From contig HF987965.1 in NCBI GenBank assembly GCA_000431835.1, forward strand, positions 18,199-82,198: DNA of 64,000 nt, read 5' to 3'. The notes beneath the pieces are model-generated. The model was not told the origin of the DNA and did no database searches. It saw only the letters and a program-made list of their open reading frames with translations. Of this stretch, positions 11,195 to 19,899 are shown in pieces (the stretch's first letter is position 1; each line of letters starts with the position of its first letter). Position numbers and translations under genes: made by a program. Source of the DNA: Succinatimonas sp. CAG:777. Its GTDB lineage: Bacteria; Pseudomonadota; Gammaproteobacteria; Enterobacterales; Succinivibrionaceae.

Positions 11195-12388
11195 TTGTTT
11201 ATGCTGATAAAAAATGGCTTGGTTTTTACAAAACAGGGTTTTGAACATAAAGATATTAAAATTGCAGGTAACACTATCTCTTGCCTAAAAGGCAAGTGTG
11301 ATGATGCAAAAGATGAGTCTTTAATCAATGACATAACAGTCATCAATGCTGATGACTGTTATGTCATCCCTGGTTTTATCGATCTGCATTTTCATGGAGC
11401 TGCAAAAGTCGACTTTATGGATGGCAATTTAGATAGTGTAAAAACCTTAGCAGCTTATGAAGCTTCTTGTGGTGTAACTTCAATTGCACCTGCTACTATG
11501 ACGATGCCAACAGTTGCTATTAAAAAGAGTATAAATTCAGCTTTAGAATTTAAACAGCAGTTAAATGATAATGAAGCATCTCTTGAAGGTATCTACATGG
11601 AAGGTCCTTTTGTAAGTCCTAAAAAGTTAGGTGCGCAAAATCCTGAATATGTACTAAAACCAAATTCACAAGATTTAGAATCTCTTTATGAATTTTCTCG
11701 AGGCTTAATTAAAAAGGTCGTGATTGCTCCTGAAGTGAATGGCGCTTTAGATCTGATTAAAGCTTTTCATAATAAAGTCTCTTTCGCCATAGGTCACACT
11801 GTAACAGACTATGAAACTGCTACTGCGGCCATGAAAGCGGGAGCTAATGAACTTACTCATACCTTTAATGCAATGCCTCCATTAAATCATCGTGCTCCTG
11901 GTCCTATCGGTGCAGCTTTTGAAAATAAGCATGTATTTTGTGAGCTGATTACTGATGGAGTGCATGTAGATAAAACCATGGTTAACATTCTCTTCACATT
12001 GATGGGAGATGACCGTATCGTCATGATTTCAGACTCAATGATGGCTACAGGTCTAGATGACGGAGAATACTCTCTTGGAGGGCAGAAGGTTTTTGTAAAA
12101 GGAAATAAAGCTACCTTAAAAGATGGCACGATAGCTGGCTCTGTTACCAATCTTTATAACTGCTTTGTAAATGCAGTTCTAAACATGAGGATAAGTCTTG
12201 AGAGTGCTGTAAAAGCTTGTACCATAAATCCAGCTCGAGCCTTGAAGATTGACGACAGAGTAGGTGAGATCTGTGAGGGTAAAAGAGCTGATCTTTTAGT
12301 TGTCGATAAGAATTTAAAGATAAAAGAGATCATCTTAAGAGGTTCAATCCTAAAAGAGCTTAGTTCAAACGTTACTAAACAAAATTAA
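11195..12388 (+). CDS. nagA: N-acetylglucosamine-6-phosphate deacetylase, paralog 1 (397 aa)
   Basis: Amidohydrolase fold motifs: DLHFHG, metal-binding His residues and a NagA-like GxxxxHxFNAM region. Second nagA-like gene at 59511. Confidence 0.75.
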   Translation: MFMLIKNGLVFTKQGFEHKDIKIAGNTISCLKGKCDDAKDESLINDITVINADDCYVIPGFIDLHFHGAAKVDFMDGNLDSVKTLAAYEASCGVTSIAPATMTMPTVAIKKSINSALEFKQQLNDNEASLEGIYMEGPFVSPKKLGAQNPEYVLKPNSQDLESLYEFSRGLIKKVVIAPEVNGALDLIKAFHNKVSFAIGHTVTDYETATAAMKAGANELTHTFNAMPPLNHRAPGPIGAAFENKHVFCELITDGVHVDKTMVNILFTLMGDDRIVMISDSMMATGLDDGEYSLGGQKVFVKGNKATLKDGTIAGSVTNLYNCFVNAVLNMRISLESAVKACTINPARALKIDDRVGEICEGKRADLLVVDKNLKIKEIILRGSILKELSSNVTKQN

Positions 12389-12598
12389 TTTTCGATTTTT
12401 ATGCGTAAAATTAATGAAAATACTGTTTGATAAAAGTCGCTATTTTGTTTAAAATACACCATTGCCCCTCTAATCGAGGAACCGGTTTCCCACCCGAGTT
12501 GCTTGATGCAGATTGAGCAATCAGTCTGTTTGGAAAGAGAGCAGATATTTTTATCTGTATGTTTTAAAGGAAATTTTCCTTCAAAAAAGGGTTTTTTA

Positions 12599-13027
12599 AT
12601 GAAAACTTATGTTGCAACACCATCAACAATTAAGCGTGATTGGTTAGTTATTGATGCTGAGGGTCAGACTTTAGGTCGCCTAGCTACTGAAATTGCTTTA
12701 CGTTTACGCGGTAAGCACAAGCCAGAGTACACTCCATTCTTAGATACCGGTGATTATGTTATCGTAATCAACGCATCAAAGGTTAAGGTAACTGGTAACA
12801 AGGCTCACGACAAGATGTATTATCACCACACTGGTTTCCCAGGTGGAATCAAGTCAGAGTCTTTCGAGAAGTTATTAGCACGTAAGCCAGAGGATGTTAT
12901 CGAGACTGCTGTTCGCGGTATGCTTCCAAAGGGACCATTAGGTCGTGCTATGTTCCGTAAGCTAAAGGTATATGCTGGTGAGTCACATAATCATGCTGCT
13001 CAACAGCCTCAGGTTATCAAGTTTTAA
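12599..13027 (+). CDS. rplM: 50S ribosomal protein L13
   Basis: [29 protein letters not shown] matches L13. The tracked ORF start at 12503 is an upstream in-frame extension; the true ATG is at 12599. Confidence 0.95.
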   Translation: MKTYVATPSTIKRDWLVIDAEGQTLGRLATEIALRLRGKHKPEYTPFLDTGDYVIVINASKVKVTGNKAHDKMYYHHTGFPGGIKSESFEKLLARKPEDVIETAVRGMLPKGPLGRAMFRKLKVYAGESHNHAAQQPQVIKF

Positions 13028-13040
13028 GGAGCATTAGCAA

Positions 13041-13433
13041 ATGGCTGCAAATCAGTATTATGGTACCGGTCGTCGTAAGGACTCAACTGCACGTGTATTC
13101 TTAAAGCAGGGTACTGGTAAATTAGAGATCAATGGTAAGACTCTTGATCAGTATTTTGGTCGTCCAACTTCTCGTATGGTTGTAGCTCAGCCATTAGAGT
13201 TATTAGAAGTTGCTGACAAGTTTGATCTGTACATCACTGTTAACGGTGGTGGTATCACTGGTCAGGCTGGTGCTATCCGCTTAGGCATCACCAGAGCTTT
13301 AATTCAGTATGACGAGACTTTCCGTTCAGCTTTACGTAAGGCTGGCTTCGTAACTCGTGATGCTCGTGCTGTAGAGCGTAAGAAGGTTGGCCTTCACAAA
13401 GCTCGTAAACGTCCACAGTACTCAAAGCGTTAA
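13041..13433 (+). CDS. rpsI: 30S ribosomal protein S9
   Basis: [15 protein letters not shown]...KRPQYSKR, a canonical S9. Confidence 0.95.
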   Translation: MAANQYYGTGRRKDSTARVFLKQGTGKLEINGKTLDQYFGRPTSRMVVAQPLELLEVADKFDLYITVNGGGITGQAGAIRLGITRALIQYDETFRSALRKAGFVTRDARAVERKKVGLHKARKRPQYSKR

Positions 13434-13461
13434 TATCAAAACAATTTTCATTGTTTTGTCA

Positions 13462-13493
13462 AAAGCCTCTGCCTCACCGCAGGGGTTTTTTTA
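13462..13493 (+). terminator. rho-independent terminator after rpsI
   Basis: GC hairpin cctctgc-ctcac-gcagggg followed by a T7 run. Confidence 0.7.
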
Positions 13494-13533
13494 TGAATTT
13501 TTTATGTATAATATCCTTCAGAGGATATCTGTT

Positions 13534-14091
13534 ATGGAAAGATTAAAAAGCTTAAAACCTTATCTATTCACCGCTTATTATGATTGGCTAATCAACAATA
13601 AGATCACTCCACATCTGTTAGTTGATGCTAAGATGCCTGGAGTTAGAGTTCCTGTTGAATATGTAAATGATGGTCGCATTATCTTAAGTCTTTTACCTTC
13701 AGCCATTGCAGATTATCAATGCTTATCTAAAGGTATTTCATTCAAAGCTCGTTTTAAGGGCAAGAGTGAGGATATTTTTATTCCTTTCCATGCTATGGAG
13801 CAGTTAATTGCTTTAGAGTCTGGATCTGCTCTTCCTATAGGTAGTGTTTTAGAGCAGTTAGATTTAGCTCCGGACGATGAAGTATATCCTGATGAAGCAT
13901 CTGAATCTCCAATGTTCAAATTGGATGATGAAGATGGAGCAGATGATGAAGAAGTTTCATCAGAAGTTTTAGCAGAAGATGACAAAATTCCTTCCGATAT
14001 CAAGACATCAGAAGCTACTAAGATTGAAGCTACAACTCCAGCAAAAGAAGAAAACAAACCAGCTTTCTCTTTTGTAAAGGATGATGAATAA
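13534..14091 (+). CDS. sspB: ClpXP adaptor SspB (stringent starvation protein B)
   Basis: MERLKSLKPYLFTAYYDWLINNKITPHLLV... matches the SspB N-domain, and there is an acidic C-terminal tail. The ORF-track start at 13387 overlaps rpsI and is spurious. The GAGGA RBS precedes the ATG at 13534. Confidence 0.8.
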   Translation: MERLKSLKPYLFTAYYDWLINNKITPHLLVDAKMPGVRVPVEYVNDGRIILSLLPSAIADYQCLSKGISFKARFKGKSEDIFIPFHAMEQLIALESGSALPIGSVLEQLDLAPDDEVYPDEASESPMFKLDDEDGADDEEVSSEVLAEDDKIPSDIKTSEATKIEATTPAKEENKPAFSFVKDDE

Positions 14092-14289
14092 CGATTTATA
14101 GTTTGAAATTGTCTATGAATTTTGCATTCTAAAGCGTAGACAACTAGAATCGCAGATGAATTCTCTAATTGAGACAAAACAAGGATCTGTTACAAAACAA
14201 GACAATGTTGATCGTGACCATAGTTTTTCTATATCAATATTTAACGTTTTAATATCATTTCTGATGTTCCTGCTTTGTGAAAATTTCTT

Positions 14290-14510
14290 TTATTAATCTT
14301 TTTCTCCTTCTACTTTATAGGCTTTATATAACTGTGGTTTGTCTTTAAATCCTGCTGCATATGCGAGCTCATCTTCAAAATTAAGTTTTTGGACTAGAAT
14401 GTGCACCTGATTGTTTGTAGTCAGAGCTAATTTCCTTATGTTTGAGACGAATCTATTTTTATGTGTGTCCGTAACTACATCAGTGTCGCATACGATTACA
14501 ACAGTTGATT
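14290..14510 (-). pseudogene. 3'-terminal gene remnant (about 65 codons, no start) in a 780-bp noncoding gap downstream of lpoA
   Basis: Minus-strand frame is open only from IFDKKSTVVIVCDTDVVTDTHKNRFVSNIRKLALTTNNQVHILVQKLNFEDELAYAAGFKDKPQLYKAYKVEGEKD*. No initiator or upstream reading frame. Confidence 0.3.
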
Positions 14511-14833
14511 TTTTATCAAAAATTTAAACAGTGAAGATAAAGCCCTTTCATTAGTGTTCAACAAGTTTACAATTCTCACTCTTCCAAGAAAAAGTGTACT
14601 TATTAGACAATATGAAGTGACCTCCGCGAATGTAAATTCGTGGATTTACCGTGTAAACTGTAGATGTTAAAAATTTAACAGAAACGGATTTACCGCATAC
14701 ATTAGGAAGGTCACTTCATAACAGATTGTTAATTCTTATATCGGTAATAATCATATATAAATTCCTAACTTTGGAATTTAGATGTTGTGATTGCAACCTT
14801 TTAAAGAAGAATTTTAAAGTAGTATTTTCGACT

Positions 14834-14866
14834 GAAAATAAAAAGGCGGTTATAAAACCGCCTTTT
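14834..14866 (-). terminator. rho-independent terminator after lpoA
   Basis: Hairpin aaggcggtt-ataa-aaccgcctt with a T-run on the minus strand (A-run on +). Confidence 0.65.
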
Positions 14867-14887
14867 CAGAAGATTATTGATTTAATC

Positions 14888-16714
14888 TTATCTAATCTTT
14901 CCTAAGTCAACCCACATAGGAGTTGATTCAATTAGACCGTTCTGGCCTAAAGAGATATCTCCTGATAATCCGTGTAGAACGTCTTCTTTGTTAGCTGCTA
15001 ACTTCTCAATTACAAGAGCAAAATTTACGCTGTCATAAGCTGCAGCAAATACTCTTTGAACTTGGTTATTGGCCTTTGGTAAAGACTGCATGAATGAGTC
15101 CTTTAATGGGCTATCGGTTAATAACCAAGGCATATCACCTAAGGTTGAACCTTTTAGAGCTAACTCTTGAGATGAGTTATTAACACCAATGTAGCTCTTA
15201 TCAGTTAAGTAAACATGAACTGTTGATGGAATAGCAGCTTTAATATCTACAGCGTCAACAACTGATGCATTTACATAAGCACTGTCTGCCTCTGATAGAG
15301 GGCAATTTGACATTGAAGTCTTAATGGTTGCAACATCAGAGTAATAGCAAACAGGTACGTTTGCATTTACCTTTGAGAAGGTTGTCTTAAAGCTGTGTAC
15401 TGAACGCTGTGATGATGTATCACTGCTCTGAGCAATAACAACTGGTTTCTTGTAGCCATCAGCATAGATCTTTGAAGCTGCAATAGCACCTTCATAGTTA
15501 GGACCTAAATCGAAGTACCACTGATTAGCAGGTTTGCTTCCTTCAGGCTGGTTTAAGACGATTGAAGGAACCTTAAGACCGGTTGAATTTAAGGCATTAA
15601 CTTCAGGCTTTAAGATAGGACCGATAACTAACTTGGTACCATCATTCTGAACTTTAGCTACGATCTCAGAGATGTTGTTCTTGTTGGTATCGTAGAAAAC
15701 AACTTTTGAGTTTGAATTTCTATCTTTTAGAGCAGCTAAGATACCTAACTTAGCAGGTTCGCCTACGATTGGAGCAAAACGACCTGATAGAGGTAATAAC
15801 ACTGCAATTCTGTCACCGTCTGAGAACTTGAATAGAGCGTTAGCTGGAACATTAGCTGGAGCTACATTATCAGGTGTTGCGTCATCTGATGAATTAGCAA
15901 CTTCATTATCAACTACAGTGTTGTCAGCTGTTTCTGTTGCTGTATCCTGTGCCTGAGAAGGAGCGATAAGCTCGTTTACAGGGTGGTTAGGATATTTCTT
16001 TGAGAACTCTGCTAAAGCCTGTTGCTGTAGCTCACTGCTCTGTGAACGAGTGATGATAGCGTACTCAATAAAGCCCTTATCATAATCAGATTGAGCTGAT
16101 TTCATTGCCTGAGCTAAATCTTTATCGCTTAGAGACTTTAATAAATCGTTACTCTGAGTGATAACAGTTGCTCTGTCTGATTTCTTTTCAACAATCTTTA
16201 ATAAAGTAGCTTTGTTCTTGAATGCATTTAACTGATACTTTGGATCTTTGGTCTGTCTGTAAAGCTTTGCATTTACATTTGAGTTTAAGATTAAGTAGTA
16301 AGACAGTGACTGCTTTGGAAGAGCTTTATAGTTAACCTGATTTAACAGTGCAGATGCTTCTTTTAACTGGTTCTGTTTAACTAATAGCATAGCTTTAACT
16401 AAAGAAGCCTGATCTTTTTGAACATCAGTCTGTGCATTTGCATATAGATCATTGATGTTAGATGCTGCTTTATCTAAATCTCCTGAAACGATCTGAGAAC
16501 GGGTCAGAAGAACTTGAGCTTTAAAGCTAGTGTCGCTTGAAGCATCATCAAATGCCTGCTGATATTCCTGTGTGGTCAGATTTAATGGACCAAAAGCATT
16601 GGTTGATGCGATTTTCTGAGTAGCTTCATTTGAAGCACAAGCAGATAGAGTAATGGTTGCAGCTGCAAATAAACTGCATAAACATAGATTTAATGTTGAT
16701 CTTTTAGCTTTCAC
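14888..16714 (-). CDS. lpoA: penicillin-binding protein activator LpoA (outer-membrane lipoprotein, 608 aa)
   Basis: Lipoprotein signal with LSAC lipobox. TPR-like N-domain and a periplasmic-binding-protein-like C-domain. Divergent from rsmI as in E. coli. Confidence 0.8.
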   Translation of the reverse strand: MKAKRSTLNLCLCSLFAAATITLSACASNEATQKIASTNAFGPLNLTTQEYQQAFDDASSDTSFKAQVLLTRSQIVSGDLDKAASNINDLYANAQTDVQKDQASLVKAMLLVKQNQLKEASALLNQVNYKALPKQSLSYYLILNSNVNAKLYRQTKDPKYQLNAFKNKATLLKIVEKKSDRATVITQSNDLLKSLSDKDLAQAMKSAQSDYDKGFIEYAIITRSQSSELQQQALAEFSKKYPNHPVNELIAPSQAQDTATETADNTVVDNEVANSSDDATPDNVAPANVPANALFKFSDGDRIAVLLPLSGRFAPIVGEPAKLGILAALKDRNSNSKVVFYDTNKNNISEIVAKVQNDGTKLVIGPILKPEVNALNSTGLKVPSIVLNQPEGSKPANQWYFDLGPNYEGAIAASKIYADGYKKPVVIAQSSDTSSQRSVHSFKTTFSKVNANVPVCYYSDVATIKTSMSNCPLSEADSAYVNASVVDAVDIKAAIPSTVHVYLTDKSYIGVNNSSQELALKGSTLGDMPWLLTDSPLKDSFMQSLPKANNQVQRVFAAAYDSVNFALVIEKLAANKEDVLHGLSGDISLGQNGLIESTPMWVDLGKIR

Positions 16715-16857
16715 GATAGTTTCCTGCTAAATCACAAATGAATTATTGGTTGGATATTTTACCATAATGTGAGATAGGTAACGTGTATTGAAACAAAAAT
16801 CACTCATAGTAGATAGTAATGCCAAGTTGTTGATTGATATATGTAATAGGTAATGAT

Positions 16858-17517
16858 ATGTGTATTGAAAACACTGAAAAACTCTACAAAGCGACTCGTG
16901 ACGGTTGTGATGAGTCATTTCGTATCAGAATTCACAGAGCCATAAGTTGGGTTAAAAAGGCTAGAGCGCTACCTGAAGAAGATATTGATTTGAAGTTTAT
17001 TTCTTTATGGATTGCCTTTAACTGTGCTTATGGCAAAGAGATTTCTACTGATGGTTATTTTGGTGAAAAGGTTGGTTTTAGAGACTTTTTGACTGTAATT
17101 TGTGATCTTGATGAAGAAAAGACTTTAGATAAGATTTTGTGGAAAAGATTTTCTCAGAGCATCAAAGCACTTTTAGAAAATAAGTATACCTATCAACCAT
17201 ACTGGAATTATTACAATAGTGGTGACAGAGATGCTGACTGGGAGTTAACTTTTAAAAGCTACAATTCAAAAGCATTAAAAGCTTTAATGACACAGAATAC
17301 AGCTATGGTCTTGAACATTGTCTTTGACAGACTTTATACCATCAGAAATCAGCTCTTCCATGGTGGTGCTACCTGTAACAGTAAAGCTAATCGCATGCAG
17401 TTGCATGACGGTTGTGAAATCTTATCTGAACTGATGCCATCTGTTCTTGATATCATGCTAAAGCATCATGACAGAGATTGGGGACGAGCTTTCTACCCTT
17501 ACGTAAAAGAAGACTGA
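16858..17517 (+). CDS. HEPN-domain protein (Rx4-6H motif), solo, inserted between lpoA and rsmI
   Basis: C-terminal IRNQLFHGGA (RNxxxH, typical HEPN RNase signature). Predicted all-alpha. Probable start at 16858 (AGGT RBS); an alternative upstream ATG is at 16834. No E. coli counterpart at this locus. Confidence 0.5.
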   Translation: MCIENTEKLYKATRDGCDESFRIRIHRAISWVKKARALPEEDIDLKFISLWIAFNCAYGKEISTDGYFGEKVGFRDFLTVICDLDEEKTLDKILWKRFSQSIKALLENKYTYQPYWNYYNSGDRDADWELTFKSYNSKALKALMTQNTAMVLNIVFDRLYTIRNQLFHGGATCNSKANRMQLHDGCEILSELMPSVLDIMLKHHDRDWGRAFYPYVKED

Positions 17518-17631
17518 ATGGCGCTTTTCCTAAATTCACATGAAAGCAAAGCCATCAGACGGTATAATGCTTCCTTAGTTAAATGAAAGCAGTAAATTGA
17601 AGCTGTGATTTTCAAAGATAAAAGGTTAAAC

Positions 17632-18480
17632 ATGTTAGACAGTGCTTTATATATTGTTCCTACTCCAATTGGTAATCTTGATGACATCACTTTACGAGCA
17701 ATTGAAGTTCTAAAAAACGCAACTTTAATTGCAGCTGAAGATACCAGACATTCAAAAATCTTATTAGATAAGTTAGGGATCTCTGGTAAAAAGATGATTA
17801 GCTGTCATGATCATAATGAGGAACAAAGAGCATCTATCATTATTGATGAAGTTAAAAATGGCGGTATCGTCGCTTTAATTTCTGATGCAGGCTCTCCTTT
17901 AATCAATGATCCTGGCTATAGAGTAGTAACACTATGCTCAAAAGCAGATGTAAGAGTAGTGCCACTACCAGGTCCATGTGCCTTAATTACAGCTCTTGAA
18001 GCTAGTGCATTACCTACAGACAAATTCATGTTCTTAGGCTTTTTCCCTGTAAAAGAAAAGGAATTAACAGAAAAGGTTCAGTCTCTAGAGAACGCAGATT
18101 ACACAGCTGTGTTCTATGAGACCCCACGTCGTATCGTCGATACCATGGAAATTGTAGGTAAGATTTTACCTGAGCATGATGTAACTTTATGCAGAGAGAT
18201 GACTAAGACATTTGAATCTTTCTATAGATTAAAAGCAAAGGATGCTGCTTCATTTTTAAAGGCAGATCCAGATAGAACCAAAGGTGAGTTTGTAGTAGCT
18301 ATCGGTTCATTAAAACAGGAAACATCCTCTGTTCCTGCTTCTGTAGTAAAAGCCATTTCAGAGCTTATCAAGACCTCTCCTGTAAAACAGGTTGCTAATG
18401 TCTTATCAGATCTTACTGGTATTAAAAAGAACGATTTATATAACCTAGCTTTGGATCTTAAAAACAAAAGCGATGAATAA
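17632..18480 (+). CDS. rsmI: 16S rRNA (cytidine1402-2'-O)-methyltransferase RsmI
   Basis: LYIVPTPIGNLDDITLRA...AAEDTRHS motifs of the tetrapyrrole-methylase-fold RsmI. The start is set at the internal Met matching the E. coli N-terminus. Confidence 0.9.
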   Translation: MLDSALYIVPTPIGNLDDITLRAIEVLKNATLIAAEDTRHSKILLDKLGISGKKMISCHDHNEEQRASIIIDEVKNGGIVALISDAGSPLINDPGYRVVTLCSKADVRVVPLPGPCALITALEASALPTDKFMFLGFFPVKEKELTEKVQSLENADYTAVFYETPRRIVDTMEIVGKILPEHDVTLCREMTKTFESFYRLKAKDAASFLKADPDRTKGEFVVAIGSLKQETSSVPASVVKAISELIKTSPVKQVANVLSDLTGIKKNDLYNLALDLKNKSDE

Positions 18481-18542
18481 AAAGCTTTAGAATAAAAGTA
18501 ATTAACAGTTCGAAGAGTCAACATTTTTCATGTATAATGCAC

Positions 18543-18918
18543 GTGAGTCGACCGGGCAATCGCTGCCGTGCACGCGTGTTTAAGATCTTTAAGCATACGG
18601 TCACTGGGGGAGGAAAGTCCGAGCTCCGAAGGACAAGGTGCCAGGTAACGCCTGGAGGGCGCAAGCCCATGACAAGTGCAACAGAAAGTAAACCGCCACT
18701 TTGTGGTAAGGGTGAAATGGCGAGGTAAGAGCTCACCGCTTTTCTAGCAATAGGAAAGGCATGGTAAACTCCACCTGGAGCAAGATCAAATAGGCTCTCT
18801 ATGGTTTGGTCCGAACCGAGGGCGGGTTGATTGCTGGAACCAGCGAGCGATTGCTGGTCTAGAGGAATGGTTGCCACTGCTTAGCAGAACAGAACTCGGC
18901 TTACAGGTTGACTCATCT
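18543..18918 (+). ncRNA. rnpB: RNase P RNA (bacterial type A, M1 RNA)
   Basis: Universally conserved blocks GGAAAGTCCG.GCTCC, AGGTAACGCCTGG, ACAGAAAGTAAACCGCC, GGTAAACTCCACC and ACAGAACTCGGCTTA. P1 pairing gtgagtcgacc/ggttgactcat. TATAAT at 18533-18538 just upstream. Confidence 0.9.
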
Positions 18919-19292
18919 TTAAGCCTCTTTCTATTTAAATCTCAATATCACAAGATACACTTCTATATTTTTACATCAGTATATTCAGCAATTGCATTTG
19001 TTTGACCATTAATAGTTCAAAATAAGCTCATAAATGGACATCTTTCAGTTTATTTGCACTAAAAAATGTGTAATAGATCACATCCTTATAACAACGTAAT
19101 TTTAAGCTACAATTTGCGCACATTTTTTTCTTGTTTTGTTTAATAAATTGCCTTGATTAATAATGCGATAGAGAAGATTAATCTTCAAAAATAATTTTTT
19201 CTCCCACATTTACATATTCTTTGTAACATCTTGAATTAAAAGATTTTTTATAAAAGAGCTAGATATTATTTTCTTGAAATTCTCATATGATT

Positions 19293-19333
19293 TGGTAAAC
19301 TAAATGGGTAAAAGTGGTAAATTGTGGTGAAAG
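19293..19333 (+). promoter_or_regulatory. MraZ operator-like direct repeats in the mraZ/dcw promoter region
   Basis: Four TGG(G)TAAA-type repeats (TGGTAAAC, TGGGTAAAAG, TGGTAAATTG, TGGTGAAAG). Three are at exact 10-bp phasing. They lie about 60 bp upstream of mraZ and resemble the E. coli MraZ binding repeats (TGGGN at 10-bp periodicity). Confidence 0.5.
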
Positions 19334-19391
19334 TAGTATTAATCTTTCCCCAAAATGACTACTAGGTAGTGTGAATTAGGCTTTTTAAATT

Positions 19392-19874
19392 ATGTTTGAC
19401 GGTTTGCTTTTAAGTGGAACAAGTGAAGTTTCCCTTGATTCTAAAGGGCGACTGTCTGTGCCTGCACGCTATAGAGAAATATTTGCAGATGATGGAGATG
19501 GTCAGTGCATAGTCACTCGCTCCTTGTTTGACAAATGTTTATGGCTATACCCTTCCAGTGAATGGGATAACGTAGTCTCAACCTTAGGCTCACTTCCTAC
19601 TATGACTGATCCACTGTGTCGTACCATTCAGCGTATTGTTTTAGGCAGTGCAGTTTTTTGTCAGTTAGATGCCCAAGGTCGAATTTTATTACCACCTGAG
19701 TTAAGACAGGTAAGTGAGATCACTAAGAAAGCTTATCTTATCGGTTTTAACAACAAATTTGAGCTTTGGTCTGAAGATAACTTTGCTCTTCAGCGTAAGG
19801 CTGATGACGAATTATTACAGCAGGCAGCAAAAGATCTTGCATCACACAGCGTGCTTGCTAATTTAAAACTATAA
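19392..19874 (+). CDS. mraZ: transcriptional regulator MraZ
   Basis: Two-repeat MraZ fold (DxxxR motifs; LDSKGRLSVP..., LDAQGRILLP...). First gene of the dcw cluster. Confidence 0.9.
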   Translation: MFDGLLLSGTSEVSLDSKGRLSVPARYREIFADDGDGQCIVTRSLFDKCLWLYPSSEWDNVVSTLGSLPTMTDPLCRTIQRIVLGSAVFCQLDAQGRILLPPELRQVSEITKKAYLIGFNNKFELWSEDNFALQRKADDELLQQAAKDLASHSVLANLKL

Positions 19875-19899
19875 GTATTTAGAATAATAAGAATTTATC

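Noticed and set aside
13387-13533. Upstream extension of the sspB ORF overlapping rpsI
   Set aside because: It would overlap the S9 C-terminus and the rpsI terminator. The conserved SspB N-terminus with a proper RBS begins at 13534.
13716-14177. 153-aa Ser-rich antisense ORF
   Set aside because: It overlaps the sspB acidic tail on the opposite strand; low-complexity mirror translation.
16727-16918. 63-aa minus-strand ORFs at 16727-16918 and 17499-17690
   Set aside because: Short, no RBS, lying in divergent promoter regions and overlapping the ends of better-supported genes.
18518-18877. ORFs of 119 aa (-) and 63 aa (+) overlapping 18518-18877
   Set aside because: They lie entirely within the RNase P RNA gene (rnpB), whose conserved structure explains the sequence.
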